Part shown: positions 1 through 9,553 of the stretch, piece after piece | How positions within the stretch are numbered: the stretch's first letter is position 1 | How the letters are laid out: each line of letters starts with the position of its first letter | Origin: an uncultured Chloroflexia bacterium | GTDB taxonomy: Bacteria; Chloroflexota; Limnocylindria; Limnocylindrales; CSP1-4 | Length of the DNA stretch: 64,000 nt | NCBI GenBank assembly: GCA_963832105.1 | Contig: CAWHSS010000002.1 | Coordinates: 422,150-486,149, forward strand | Direction of reading: 5' to 3' | Notes under the pieces: generated by a model | The model's input: only the letters and a program-made list of their open reading frames with translations | Databases searched by the model: none | What the model was told of the DNA's origin: nothing | Program-made: the position numbers and the translations under genes

Positions 1-2
1 TC

Positions 3-1259
3 GTCTTTCCGGCGAAGGCCGTCGTCCTGGCGACGGGCGGCGTCGGCCGGGCCTACGAGGTGAGCTCGAACTCGTGGGAGTACTCCGGCGACGGCCAGGC
101 GCTGGCGTACCTCGCCGGCGCCGAGCTCATCGACATGGAGTTCGTCCAGTTCCACCCGACGGGCATGGTCTGGCCGCCGGGGGTCCGCGGCCTGCTGGTC
201 ACGGAGGCGGTCCGGGGCGAGGGCGGGATCCTGCGCAACAAGGACGGCGAGCGCTTCATGTGGAAGTACCTGCCCGAGGACCGCCGCCACGAGTACGCCG
301 AGAACGACGAGGAGGCCGCCCGCTGGGTCGAGGCGCTGAGCGCGGGCCGGCCGACCGACGCCCGGCGGCCGCCGGAGCTCTCGACCCGCGACAACGTCTC
401 GCGCGCGATCTATACAGAGGTCCGCGAGGGCCGCGGCTCGCCGCACGGCGGCGTCTTCCTCGACATCAGCTACCTGCCGGCCGACCACGTCCGTCGCAAA
501 CTGCCCTCGATGTACGAGCAGTTCAAGGAGCTGGCCGACGTCGACATCACCGCCGGGCCGATGGAGGTGGGGCCGACGACCCACTACATCATGGGCGGCA
601 TCCGCGTCGACGCCGAGACAGGCGCGACGACGCGACCCGGGTTGTTCGCCGCGGGCGAGGTCGCCGGCGGGATGCACGGGGCGAACCGACTCGGCGGCAA
701 CTCGCTCTCCGACCTGCTCGTGTTCGGCCAGCGGACGGGGGCGGGCGCGGCGGACTTCGCGGCGACCCAGCCGGATGTCGCGTACGTCGACCCGGCCGGC
801 GTCCAGGCGGCGGCCTCGGAGCTCGCGGCGCCCCTCGCGGGAGGCACCGGCGAGGATCCGTACCGGCTCCACGAGGAGCTCCAGTCAGTGATGCAGTCGC
901 TCGTCGGCATCTTCCGGACCAAGACCGATCTCGACGAGGCGATCGGCCGGATCGGCAAGCTCCGATCCCGCTGGCCATCGATCCGGATCGGCGGCGGCCG
1001 GGCCTACAACCCGGGCTGGGGGCTCGTCTACGAGGTCCGCAACATGCTGATCGTGTCCGAGGCGATCGCCCGGAGCGCGAAGCAGCGGCGCGAGAGCCGC
1101 GGCGCCCACAGCCGGCTCGACTTTCCGGAACCCGATCCGAAATGGGCCAAACTCAACAGCGTCGTCAAACTCGCGGGCGACGCCATGGAGGTTGGGACAT
1201 CACCCGTGCCGGCCGTGCCCGATGAGCTGCGCCAGCTCATCACGAAGGAGTTGAGCTGA
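3..1259 (+). CDS. sdhA: Succinate dehydrogenase/fumarate reductase flavoprotein subunit (5' partial)
   Basis: Frame open from the window edge (KAVVLATGG). Motifs DMEFVQFHPTG, TEAVRGEGG, HYIMGG, HGANRLGGNSL, ESRGAH. Confidence 0.95.
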   Translation, partial: VFPAKAVVLATGGVGRAYEVSSNSWEYSGDGQALAYLAGAELIDMEFVQFHPTGMVWPPGVRGLLVTEAVRGEGGILRNKDGERFMWKYLPEDRRHEYAENDEEAARWVEALSAGRPTDARRPPELSTRDNVSRAIYTEVREGRGSPHGGVFLDISYLPADHVRRKLPSMYEQFKELADVDITAGPMEVGPTTHYIMGGIRVDAETGATTRPGLFAAGEVAGGMHGANRLGGNSLSDLLVFGQRTGAGAADFAATQPDVAYVDPAGVQAAASELAAPLAGGTGEDPYRLHEELQSVMQSLVGIFRTKTDLDEAIGRIGKLRSRWPSIRIGGGRAYNPGWGLVYEVRNMLIVSEAIARSAKQRRESRGAHSRLDFPEPDPKWAKLNSVVKLAGDAMEVGTSPVPAVPDELRQLITKELS

Positions 1260-2026
1260 TGCCCGACGTCCACATGAGCGTCTTCCGCGGGACGCCGACG
1301 ACGAAACCGACGTTCGTCGAGTACGACGTGCCGGCGGAGGAGGGGATGGTCGTGCTCGACGCCCTCCACTGGATCCAGGCGCACGAGACGCCGGACCTTG
1401 CCGTCCGCTGGAACTGCAAGGCGGCGAAGTGCGGCTCGTGCGGCGCCGAGGTGAACGGCCGGCCGAGCCTGACCTGCAAGACGAGGCTGTCGGACTTCGA
1501 GCCGGGCGAAACGATCACCGTCGAGCCGATGCGGGCGTTCCCGCTGGTCCGCGACCTCGTGACGGACGTCTCGTGGAACTACGAGGTCAACAAGCACATC
1601 CCGCCGTTCCAGCCGCCGGCCGACAAGCCCCAGGAGTCGTGGCGCTGGCAGCAGGAGGACATCGAGCGGGTCCAGGAGTTCCGGAAGTGCATCGAGTGCT
1701 TCCTCTGCCAGGACGTTTGCCACGTCCTGCGCAACCACGAGACCGAGCAGCCGTTCATCGGTCCGCGCTTCCTCGTCCGGAGCGCCGGCCTCGAGATGCA
1801 CCCGATGGACACGGCCGACCGGACGCGCCACCTGAAGGACGAGGGCGGGATCGGGCTGTGCAACATCACGAAGTGCTGCACCGAGGTCTGCCCGGAGCAC
1901 ATCAAGATCACCGACAACGCGATCATCCCGCTCAAGGAGCGCGTCGCGGACAAGTACTACGACCCGATCCAGATGGTCTGGCGGAAGCTCCGCGGCGACC
2001 GCGATACGGGCGCCGACCCCGGCTGA
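1259..2026 (+). CDS. sdhB: Succinate dehydrogenase/fumarate reductase Fe-S subunit
   Basis: CKAAKCGSC, CIECFLCQDVC and CNITKCCTEVCP clusters. TGATG coupling to sdhA. Confidence 0.95.
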   Translation: MPDVHMSVFRGTPTTKPTFVEYDVPAEEGMVVLDALHWIQAHETPDLAVRWNCKAAKCGSCGAEVNGRPSLTCKTRLSDFEPGETITVEPMRAFPLVRDLVTDVSWNYEVNKHIPPFQPPADKPQESWRWQQEDIERVQEFRKCIECFLCQDVCHVLRNHETEQPFIGPRFLVRSAGLEMHPMDTADRTRHLKDEGGIGLCNITKCCTEVCPEHIKITDNAIIPLKERVADKYYDPIQMVWRKLRGDRDTGADPG

Positions 2027-2028
2027 GC

Positions 2029-2550
2029 GTGCCCGACACCCTCTGGCCCGAGCCATCAAGCCCCGCGACGTCGAATGGCGACGCGCTGCGTCTGATCATC
2101 CGGACCGATGGGGCGGCGCGCGGCAACCCGGGACCGGCGTCGGCCGGGGCGGTTCTCATCGACGCCTCCCGCCCGGACGCCCGCGACCCGCGGGCACCGG
2201 CCGACGCCACGATCTCCGACTATCTCGGCATCCAGACGAACAACGTCGCCGAATACACGGGTGTCGTGCGGGCCCTCGATCTGGCGCGGGAGCTCGGGGC
2301 CAGGGAAGTCGCGCTGATCCTCGATTCGAAGCTCATCGTCGAACAGCTCGCGGGTCGCTGGCGGGTCAAGGACGCGAAGCTCATCCCGCTCTGGGAGGCC
2401 GCCCGATCGACGCTTCGGTCGTTCGATCGGTGGTCGGCCGTCCACGCCCCGCGCGCCCAGAATTCGGCCGCCGACGCGCTGGCCAACGAGGCGATCGATC
2501 GCGCCCAGGCGGGCGGTCCGGCATCGGTGGTCCGCCGACCGGGAACCTGA
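2029..2550 (+). CDS. rnhA: Ribonuclease HI (archaeal/actinobacterial-like family)
   Basis: TDGAARGNPGPA, TNNVAEY, DSKLIVEQ, PRAQNSAADALAN. GTG at 2029. Confidence 0.9.
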   Translation: MPDTLWPEPSSPATSNGDALRLIIRTDGAARGNPGPASAGAVLIDASRPDARDPRAPADATISDYLGIQTNNVAEYTGVVRALDLARELGAREVALILDSKLIVEQLAGRWRVKDAKLIPLWEAARSTLRSFDRWSAVHAPRAQNSAADALANEAIDRAQAGGPASVVRRPGT

Positions 2551-2575
2551 GCCGCGGCTCTGCCGTCGGGCGCCG

Positions 2576-3016
2576 GTGAAATCATTTGCCACCGTCCTCG
2601 TCGTCGTCCTAGCCCTGCTTCTCGCCGCTTGCGGCGAGTCGGACCTGATCCGGGAGGCGCATCCGACGACGCTCGTGGGCTCGGCCTGGCGGGTCGTCGC
2701 CGTCAACGGCCGGCCACCGATCGCCGGCAGCGAGCCGACCGCGATCTTCGCGGCGACCGACGTCAAGGGCTCTGCCGGCTGCAACTCGTACGGCGGCCGG
2801 TACTCGTACGACCCGTCGACCGGCGCGATCTACGTTCCGGGACATGCCGATGACGCTGATGGCCGTGCGTCGAACCTGCCCGTAACGATGATCGAAGGGC
2901 TCTTCACGGGGGCGCTCAACCAGGCGACGTCCGCCTCGATCGATCCGGAAGGACGTCTCGTCCTCAGCGGGCCCGGTGGCGAGATCCTCCTGGCCGTCGA
3001 CGCGGTCACCCAGTAG
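2576..3016 (+). CDS. META (HslJ-like) domain lipoprotein
   Basis: Lipobox LLLAAC, LVGSAWRVVAVNG, GSAGCNSYGGRY. Probable compensating indels near 2830-2880. Confidence 0.75.
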   Translation: MKSFATVLVVVLALLLAACGESDLIREAHPTTLVGSAWRVVAVNGRPPIAGSEPTAIFAATDVKGSAGCNSYGGRYSYDPSTGAIYVPGHADDADGRASNLPVTMIEGLFTGALNQATSASIDPEGRLVLSGPGGEILLAVDAVTQ

Positions 3017-3052
3017 GAGTCGGGCGCACCGCCCGGTAGAATTGATCGGTTA

Positions 3053-3398
3053 GCGAGGCGGTCGGATGGTCGCGCGCATCAAGGGGCAACCTGCGATGCG
3101 TGAGGAAAGTCCGAGCTCCTCAGCGCAGGGTAGCGGGTAACTCCCGTCCGCCGTGAGGCGAGGACCAGTGCCACAGTGACGATGCCGGCCCTTCGGGGTC
3201 GGAGTGAAACGCGGCAAACTCTACCCGGAGCAAGGCCAAATAGGAGGGCGCAACCCGGTTCGCCGGGGGAGAGGTGCGCTGCCCAGCCCTCGGGTCGGCC
3301 GCACGAGCCGGCGGGCAACCGCCGGCCACAGATGGATGGCCATCAGTCCGGACGCTTCGGCGTCAGGGCTCCAGAACTCGGCTTACAGACCGCCTCGC
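3053..3398 (+). ncRNA. rnpB: RNase P RNA
   Basis: GAGGAAAGTCCGAGCT, AGTGCCACAG, GTGAAACGCGGCAAACTC, AGAACTCGGCTTAC. Terminal stem GCGAGGCGGTC/GACCGCCTCGC. TAGAAT -10 at 3037. Confidence 0.97.
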
Positions 3399-3403
3399 TG
3401 ACA

Positions 3404-3520
3404 CGCCGCCGCATCGCGACTCAGGCGTGCGTTGCCGGCTGCGGTCCTCGCTCACGGACCTCCGAAGTCCGCTCGCTCCGGTGCCTCGACCGGCGCCTTC
3501 GCCTGAGCCGCCCTGCGACG
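3404..3520. repeat. Long imperfect palindrome (REP/MITE-like structured element)
   Basis: CTCAGGCG/CGCCTGAG, GCCGG/CCGGC and GGAC/GTCC nested arms between convergent genes. Confidence 0.5.
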
Positions 3521-3543
3521 GCTTCCGCTCCGTACGGGCGAGG

Positions 3544-3786
3544 CTAGTCCTCGTCGGGGCGGAAGGTGTGCGGGGCCGTGCAGGCGTTGCAGATCGGGGA
3601 CGCGGAGTCGAGGTCGCCGAGGGGGATCGGGACCCGCCGGTCGGGGAGCAGGCACTCGACGTCGTAGAGCCGCTCACGCCCGATATCGACCTGGATCAGC
3701 CGCCGGAAGGTGCAGCGCTTGATCCGTTGGGGCGCGAGGCGATACGCCTCCGGATCCGGCGGGACAATCGGCAGTGGCAGGGCCAT
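3544..3786 (-). CDS. Small hypothetical protein with four Cys (C-x19-C-x20-C-x2-C)
   Basis: 80 aa from ATG 3786 (MALPLPIVPP...ICNACTAPHTFRPDED). Minus-strand TAGGCT -10 at 3845-3840. Confidence 0.6.
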   Translation of the reverse strand: MALPLPIVPPDPEAYRLAPQRIKRCTFRRLIQVDIGRERLYDVECLLPDRRVPIPLGDLDSASPICNACTAPHTFRPDED

Positions 3787-3974
3787 CGAGTGGACGGGGC
3801 CTCGATCGGGATTGGGCACGTTGCCCGGTTGGGCGGCGGAGCCTAACACCCTGCATGTTGCGGCGACAACCTGCCAAACGTACTAGACTCCGCGCCGGAC
3901 AACCGAGAGAGGCATACGGAGGGTTCGTGCGGGAGGCTCCGGGCCGGTCCGATCCGGCCGACGATGAGTGGCAT

Positions 3975-4760
3975 GTGACCGTCGATCGGTCCCATCCGAC
4001 CGACCGCTCAACGAACCCCGCCACCTGTCCGTTCCTCCGCACGGTTGATCGTGCCGCGAATTTCGGGCCGCCCGTCGAGGCGCCGGATCTCGCCAATCGG
4101 TGCACGGCCGTCGGCCCGCCGACTCCCCAGTCGGCTCGCCAGCAGGAACTCGTCTGCCTGACCTCCGGCCACGGGAACTGCCCGCGCTACCTTCGCGGCG
4201 AGCTCGTTGCGGCGGTGCCTGTCGGCCGGGCGACCACGCGCGGTCCCTCGACGGCGGTGATCGCGTCGGCCCTGCTTCTCGTCGCCGCGGCGGCGACGTC
4301 GGTCGGCTTCCTGCTGGTCCGAGGAGGACTCAGCATCCCGACCCCATCGGTCGAGCCGGGCAACGTCGCGGCGGTCACCGGCAGCCCGGCGCCGACATCG
4401 GCCGTCGCAGTCATCGACTCCCCGAATCCCATCAGGCCGACGCCCGCCCCGACTCCGTCACCAACGCCGGCGCCGACCCCGACACCGACCATCGCCCCGA
4501 CGCCGGTCCCGACTGCCGCCCCGACTCCAGCTCCAACGCCGAAGCCGACAACGACGAGCAGTCGCTACGCGGTCCTCGACCCGTGTCCGAACACGCCCGA
4601 CTGCTGGATCTACACGGTCCGCTCGGGGGACAACTTCGTGAGCATCGTCAACTGGTTCGGCGTCCCATATCAGACGGTCCTGGACATGAATCCCAACCTC
4701 GGCGACCCGACCACGATCCGGACCGGCGACAAGATCCGCATGCCCCCACCCACCCGCTGA
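3975..4760 (+). CDS. Membrane-anchored LysM protein with N-terminal Cys4 domain and Pro/Thr linker
   Basis: CPFL...C...C...CP, one TM helix, (PT)n linker, YTVRSGDNFVSIVNWFGV...NPNL...IRTGDKIRMP. Confidence 0.8.
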   Translation: MTVDRSHPTDRSTNPATCPFLRTVDRAANFGPPVEAPDLANRCTAVGPPTPQSARQQELVCLTSGHGNCPRYLRGELVAAVPVGRATTRGPSTAVIASALLLVAAAATSVGFLLVRGGLSIPTPSVEPGNVAAVTGSPAPTSAVAVIDSPNPIRPTPAPTPSPTPAPTPTPTIAPTPVPTAAPTPAPTPKPTTTSSRYAVLDPCPNTPDCWIYTVRSGDNFVSIVNWFGVPYQTVLDMNPNLGDPTTIRTGDKIRMPPPTR

Positions 4761-4761
4761 C

Positions 4762-5467
4762 GTGGCGCCCATCGCATTCGCCGACTTCGACGCGCTGACG
4801 TTCGACTGCTACGGCACGCTCATCGACTGGGAAGCCGGCATCTCCGGCGCGCTCAGCGGCATGCTCGAGAAGCACGGTGTCACGCCCGACGTGGAGGAGC
4901 TCCTCCAGCGCTACGCGGGGCACGAGGCCGCCCTCGAAGCCGGCCCGTATCGGCGCTATCGCGAGGTCCTGGCCGAAGCGGCTCGACGCGTCGGCCGCGA
5001 GTATGGCGTCGAGCCGGCGCCGGATGAGGTGGAGGCCTTCGCCGCGTCGGTCGGGGAGTGGCCGGCATTCCCGGACTCCGCGGCCGCGCTCGCCCGGTTG
5101 GCCGAGACGGTTCCGTCTCGGCGTCATCACGAACTGCGACGACGACCTGTTCGCGATGTCCAATCGCCGCCTCGGCGTCACGTTCGACTGGGTCATCACG
5201 GCCGAGCAGGCCGGCAGCTACAAGCCAGACCCGCGCAACTTCGAGCTGGCATTCAGCCGGATCGACGTGCCGCGGGAGCGGATCCTCCACGTCGCCCAGA
5301 GCCTCTTCCACGACCACGTGCCGGCCAAGGCACTGGGCATGACGACGGTCTGGATCGATCGACGCCGCGACCGCCCGGGGTTCGGGGCGACGCCGCCGGC
5401 CGAGGCGACGCCGGACCTCGTCCTGCCCGACATGGCTTCCCTCGCCGAGGCCGCGCTCGCCGGCTGA
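4762..5467 (+). CDS. HAD-superfamily hydrolase (haloacid dehalogenase type II-like), frameshift near 5110
   Basis: FDCYGTLIDWE in the first frame. ITNCDD, GSYKPD, HVAQSLFHDHVPA in the second frame. Confidence 0.88.
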
Positions 5468-5539
5468 CCCTCGCCGCGGCAGGCCCAGACGCGGTCTGCC
5501 GCCTGGTCCCCACGTGGCGGAACTCATCAATTTTGCCCA

Positions 5540-5600
5540 TTGACGGAGCTTCGTCGGGCGCTATGATGCGGGGAAGTGGTGAGAAGTGGCCCAAAGTGGG
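5540..5600 (+). promoter_or_regulatory. dcw promoter with three MraZ-binding direct repeats
   Basis: TTGACG(5540)-16 bp-TATGAT(5562), then AAGTGG three times at a 10-bp period (5574, 5584, 5594). Confidence 0.85.
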
Positions 5601-5653
5601 GTAGCACAACCCACCGGCCGCTCCCGACCAATCCGCACATGGGGAAGCCGTAG

Positions 5654-6082
5654 GTGTTCACCGGCGAGTACCGGCACTCGGTGGACGACAAGGGACGAAT
5701 CGCCGTCCCTTCGAAGTTCCGCGCCCAGCTCGACAGCGGGGCGGTGGTTTCGCGCTGGCTGGATTCGTGCCTGGCGATCCACACGAAGTCGGGCTGGGAC
5801 AACCTCGCCGACAAGATCGCGACCCTGCCGATCACCGACGAGCCCTCGCGGCTCTTCTCCCGGTTCATCTTCGCGGGCGCCGTCGAAGCGTCCCTCGATG
5901 GACAGGGCCGGGTGCTCATTCCTACCTACCTGCGCGAGATGGCCGGCCTCGAGGGAGAGGCCGTCGTCGTCGGCTCGCGCGACCACGCCGAGATCTGGGC
6001 CCCGAAGCGCTGGGATGACTACCGGCGCGGCCTCGAGGACCCCGACAAGCTCGCGAAGGCCCTCCAGGGCCTCGGGATCTAG
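5654..6082 (+). CDS. mraZ: Division/cell wall cluster transcriptional repressor MraZ
   Basis: MFTGEYRHSVDDKGRIAVP and LDGQGRVLIP (two DxxGR motifs). Confidence 0.97.
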   Translation: MFTGEYRHSVDDKGRIAVPSKFRAQLDSGAVVSRWLDSCLAIHTKSGWDNLADKIATLPITDEPSRLFSRFIFAGAVEASLDGQGRVLIPTYLREMAGLEGEAVVVGSRDHAEIWAPKRWDDYRRGLEDPDKLAKALQGLGI

Positions 6083-6141
6083 GCGTACCACATGCGCTTC
6101 CAGGATCCGCTCGGTATCCGATTGTCGATGGTGGAGGAGAG

Positions 6142-7086
6142 ATGAAGGAAGGGCACCTGCCGGTGCTGGCGGAGGAGGTCATGTCGATGCTCTCGCCTGC
6201 TTCCGGAAGCCTTCAGATCGATGCCACGGTCGGCGGCGGTGGGCACACCGAGCGGATTCTGGAGGCGACCAATCCTGATGGCCGCCTCCTCGGTCTAGAT
6301 GCCGACGGGGCGGCCATCGCCAGAGTCGGAGAACGCCTCGCCCGCTACGGCGATCGGCTGGTTCTCCGCCAGGCGAATTTTCGCGAGCTGCGGACCGTGG
6401 CGCCGGCCACGGGCTTCGCGGCCGTCGACGGGCTCCTGTTCGACCTCGGCCTGTCGAGCTACCAGCTCGCGGACACCGAGCGCGGCTTCGGGTTCCGCGC
6501 GGGCGGCCCGCTGGACATGCGCTTCGACACGGGCCGCGGCGTCCCGGCGGCGGAGCTGCTCGCGACGCTCGACGCGAGCGAGCTGACAGCGCTCTTTCGG
6601 CGATTCGGCGAGGAGCCGTACGCACCCCGCATCGCCAGGGCGATCGTCGACGCCCGGCGCACCGCGCCGATCACGACCGCGGAGGAGCTCGCAGCGCTCG
6701 TCGAGCGCGTCGCCCCGCGCGGTGCCCCCGGCCGGCGCCGAATCCATCCCGCGACGCGCGTCTTCCAGGCGCTCCGGATCGCGGTCAACGAGGAGCTGGA
6801 TGCGCTCGAGGAGGCCCTCGCGGCGGCGGTCGATCTCCTTCGGCCCGGCGGGCGGCTCGTCGTCCTCAGCTACCACTCGCTCGAGGACCGGATCGTCAAG
6901 CGCTTCCTCGACGCCGAACGCAAGGGCTGCATCTGCCCGCCGTCGGTGCCGGTCTGCGTCTGCGGCCGGACGCCGCGCCTCCGACTCGTGACCAAGCCGT
7001 CGCTGACACCGACGGATGACGAGATCGCCGCCAATCCTCGCGCCCGCAGCGCACGCCTGCGGGCAGCCGAACGCATCGCCGCGTGA
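6142..7086 (+). CDS. rsmH: 16S rRNA m4C1402 methyltransferase
   Basis: HLPVL, DATVGGGGH, DLGLSSYQ, PLDMR, SYHSLEDR, NPRARSARLR. Confidence 0.97.
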   Translation: MKEGHLPVLAEEVMSMLSPASGSLQIDATVGGGGHTERILEATNPDGRLLGLDADGAAIARVGERLARYGDRLVLRQANFRELRTVAPATGFAAVDGLLFDLGLSSYQLADTERGFGFRAGGPLDMRFDTGRGVPAAELLATLDASELTALFRRFGEEPYAPRIARAIVDARRTAPITTAEELAALVERVAPRGAPGRRRIHPATRVFQALRIAVNEELDALEEALAAAVDLLRPGGRLVVLSYHSLEDRIVKRFLDAERKGCICPPSVPVCVCGRTPRLRLVTKPSLTPTDDEIAANPRARSARLRAAERIAA

Positions 7087-7117
7087 CGAGAGCCCAGGTA
7101 CCGGAAGGAGGAGTGAC

Positions 7118-7316
7118 GTGAGCAAGCGACACCAGGCCAGCCGTCGTCGGTCGTACGGACGCCGCCAGCATGAGCTGCACGAGCGGGAGGGCCGCCGTCA
7201 CTTCCCCGAGCCGCCCGACCAGCGCGCCTGACGACTCCGGCCCGACCTCCTCGAGCGATCCCTTCGCGTTCATGGATCCGCGCATGCCGCGGCTCCGCTA
7301 CGCCATGGGCGACTAG
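7118..7316 (+). CDS. Small basic hypothetical protein between rsmH and ftsL (stops at 7231, or at 7316 if one indel is corrected)
   Basis: Strong SD AAGGAGGAG before GTG 7118. MSKRHQASRRRSYGRRQHELHER. The +1 frame continues DPFAFMDPRMPRLRYAMGD* up to ftsL. Confidence 0.55.
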
Positions 7317-7318
7317 GC

Positions 7319-7702
7319 ATGGCGATCTACGAAGGCGCCCGCCCGCAATCGGCGCTCTTTCCGGGGCGCGTCAGGCGTCGCGAGATCCCGGCGGCCCCGT
7401 CGCGCCGCCGGATTCGTGGCGCCGTCCGCGCCCGTCGCCGCTCGAACCGGCTGTCGGTCCTGCTCGGCGGGATCGTCATCGCGTTCGTGCTCGCGTTCTT
7501 CTCGCTCGCCCAGTCGGTGCGCGTGTCGGCGACCGGCTACGACATCAACCGGCTGCTGACTGAGCGCGACACGCTGCTCACCCAGAAGCAGGAGCTGCTG
7601 TCCGACCTGAACCGGCTCGGGCGTGAGCCGGCGATTCGCAAGAAGTCCCTCGACGCCGGCCTCGGTCAGCTCGCCGAACCACTCGTCCTGACCGGCCGCT
7701 GA
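7319..7702 (+). CDS. ftsL: FtsL-like cell division protein
   Basis: Basic N-terminus, single TM, leucine heptad coil. Lies between rsmH and ftsI. Confidence 0.7.
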   Translation: MAIYEGARPQSALFPGRVRRREIPAAPSRRRIRGAVRARRRSNRLSVLLGGIVIAFVLAFFSLAQSVRVSATGYDINRLLTERDTLLTQKQELLSDLNRLGREPAIRKKSLDAGLGQLAEPLVLTGR

Positions 7703-7717
7703 CCGATCGCATCGACG

Positions 7718-9553
7718 ATGCTCGGTCGCACGGATTCCCGGCGCCGCCTCCTGTTCCTGCTCATCACGTTCGCGGTGGTCGGAGCATCGCTGCTGACGCG
7801 TCTCGCGTACTGGCAGCTGACCCAGCGCGATCGGCTCGCGTCGGAGGCGTTCGCCCAGACGACGATGCGCCAGGAGTCACCGAGCCGCCGCGGCGACATC
7901 TACGACCGCAGCGGGGTCGTCGTCCTCGCGACGACCGTGGACCGCGAGCGACTCGCCGCGATGCCGTCGGAGCTGACCCCCATCCGGCGCCGGGAGGTGG
8001 CGACGGAGCTCATCTCGCTGCTCCGGCTGGACGATGAAGAGGCGAAGCTCCTCAAGACCCGGATGTCGTCCGACAAGAAGTACGTCGTCCTCGCCCACGG
8101 TCTCGACAAGAAGACCGGCGACCGCGTCCGGGCGGCAGCCGCGTCCAAGAAGATCGAGGCGGTGCTCCTCGAGGCCGAGCCCGTGCGCGTCTACCCCCAC
8201 GAGGGTGCCGGGCCCGACTCGACGCTCGCCGCCCACCTGCTCGGCTTCGTGAATCGGGACGGCATCGGCCAGTACGGCGTCGAGCAGTACTACCAGGACG
8301 ACCTCGGCGGGCGGCCGCGGATCGTCCACGCCCAGCGGGACGTCGCCGCCCGGGCGATCCCGGACACGATCGTCGTCGAGGACGCGGGGCAGCCCGGCGA
8401 GGACATCCGGCTGACGATCGATGCGGGGCTCCAGCTCGCGCTCGAGGGCGAGGTCCTCGCCGCGTGGGCCGCCGACAAGGCAAAGAGCGTGTCGGCCGTC
8501 GTCATGGATCCATACACCGGCGAGGTCCTGGCGGAGGCGACCTATCCCTCGTACGACGGTAACAACTACCGCTCGATCGCCACGATCGATCCGACCCGGT
8601 TCATCGATCCGGTCGTCAGCTCCGTCTACGAGCCCGGTTCGGTCTTCAAGATGCTGACCGCGATCGCCGGCCTCGAGACCGAGACCGTCACGACGAAGAC
8701 GAAGATCAAGGACGTCGCGACCCTCAAGCTCGACGGTGGGACGACGCACGTCGACGACGCCGACCACCGGGGCAAGGGCTGGATGACGTTCGAGGACGCC
8801 ATCGCCTATTCGCGCAACGTCGTCGCGGCGAAGGTTGCCCTCGGCCTCGGCGACAACACCCGCGAGTCGTCGGCGATCCTCCACGAGGCGTGGACGCGGC
8901 TCGGGTTCGGCCAGCCGACCGGCATCGACGTCGCGGGCGAGGTCCGCGGCCTCGTCAACGATCCGACGATCACGCCATGGGGCCAGATCGACCTCGCCAA
9001 CGGCTCGTTCGGACAGGGAATCGCGGTGACCCCGATCCAGCTCGCGACCGCGTTCTCGGCGATGGTCAACGGGGGGACGCTCGTCCAGCCCCACGTCGTC
9101 ACCGCGATCGGCGACAGGGAGATCACTCCCGCGCCACGCGGCCAGGTCATCGACGCCGAGTTGTCGACGACGCTCATCGGGATGATGAACCACGTCGTCA
9201 CCGAGGTCCCGTTCTACCGCGACCGGACGCTCGTCCCGGGCTACGACGTCGGCGGCAAGACGGGCACCGCCCAGATCTGGGACGCGACTGCGCGCGAGGG
9301 CCGGGGCGACTGGAAGCACAACCTTTTCAACTACAGCTTCGTCGGATACATCGGCCGCGATGCCGGCGTCCCGGATCTCGTCGTCTCAGTGAAGATCAAC
9401 GAGGGCACCCCGACGATCGCCCGGATCGGCCAGCTGGAGATGCCGGTCATGTCGTTCGAGCTGTTCCGCCGCATCGCGACCGACGCGATCACGCGTCCGG
9501 GGCTGCTGCCGGAGCGGCGGACCCCGCCCGCACCGCTGACCGCCGGCTCATGA
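7718..9553 (+). CDS. ftsI: Class B penicillin-binding protein (FtsI/PBP2 family)
   Basis: RRGDIYDR, GQYGVE, EPGSVFK (SxxK), SRN (SxN), KTGTAQ. Confidence 0.93.
   Translation: MLGRTDSRRRLLFLLITFAVVGASLLTRLAYWQLTQRDRLASEAFAQTTMRQESPSRRGDIYDRSGVVVLATTVDRERLAAMPSELTPIRRREVATELISLLRLDDEEAKLLKTRMSSDKKYVVLAHGLDKKTGDRVRAAAASKKIEAVLLEAEPVRVYPHEGAGPDSTLAAHLLGFVNRDGIGQYGVEQYYQDDLGGRPRIVHAQRDVAARAIPDTIVVEDAGQPGEDIRLTIDAGLQLALEGEVLAAWAADKAKSVSAVVMDPYTGEVLAEATYPSYDGNNYRSIATIDPTRFIDPVVSSVYEPGSVFKMLTAIAGLETETVTTKTKIKDVATLKLDGGTTHVDDADHRGKGWMTFEDAIAYSRNVVAAKVALGLGDNTRESSAILHEAWTRLGFGQPTGIDVAGEVRGLVNDPTITPWGQIDLANGSFGQGIAVTPIQLATAFSAMVNGGTLVQPHVVTAIGDREITPAPRGQVIDAELSTTLIGMMNHVVTEVPFYRDRTLVPGYDVGGKTGTAQIWDATAREGRGDWKHNLFNYSFVGYIGRDAGVPDLVVSVKINEGTPTIARIGQLEMPVMSFELFRRIATDAITRPGLLPERRTPPAPLTAGS

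Noticed and set aside
4430-4550. DNA tandem repeat in the LysM gene (similar at 21290-21390)
   Set aside because: Explained by Pro/Thr linker coding.
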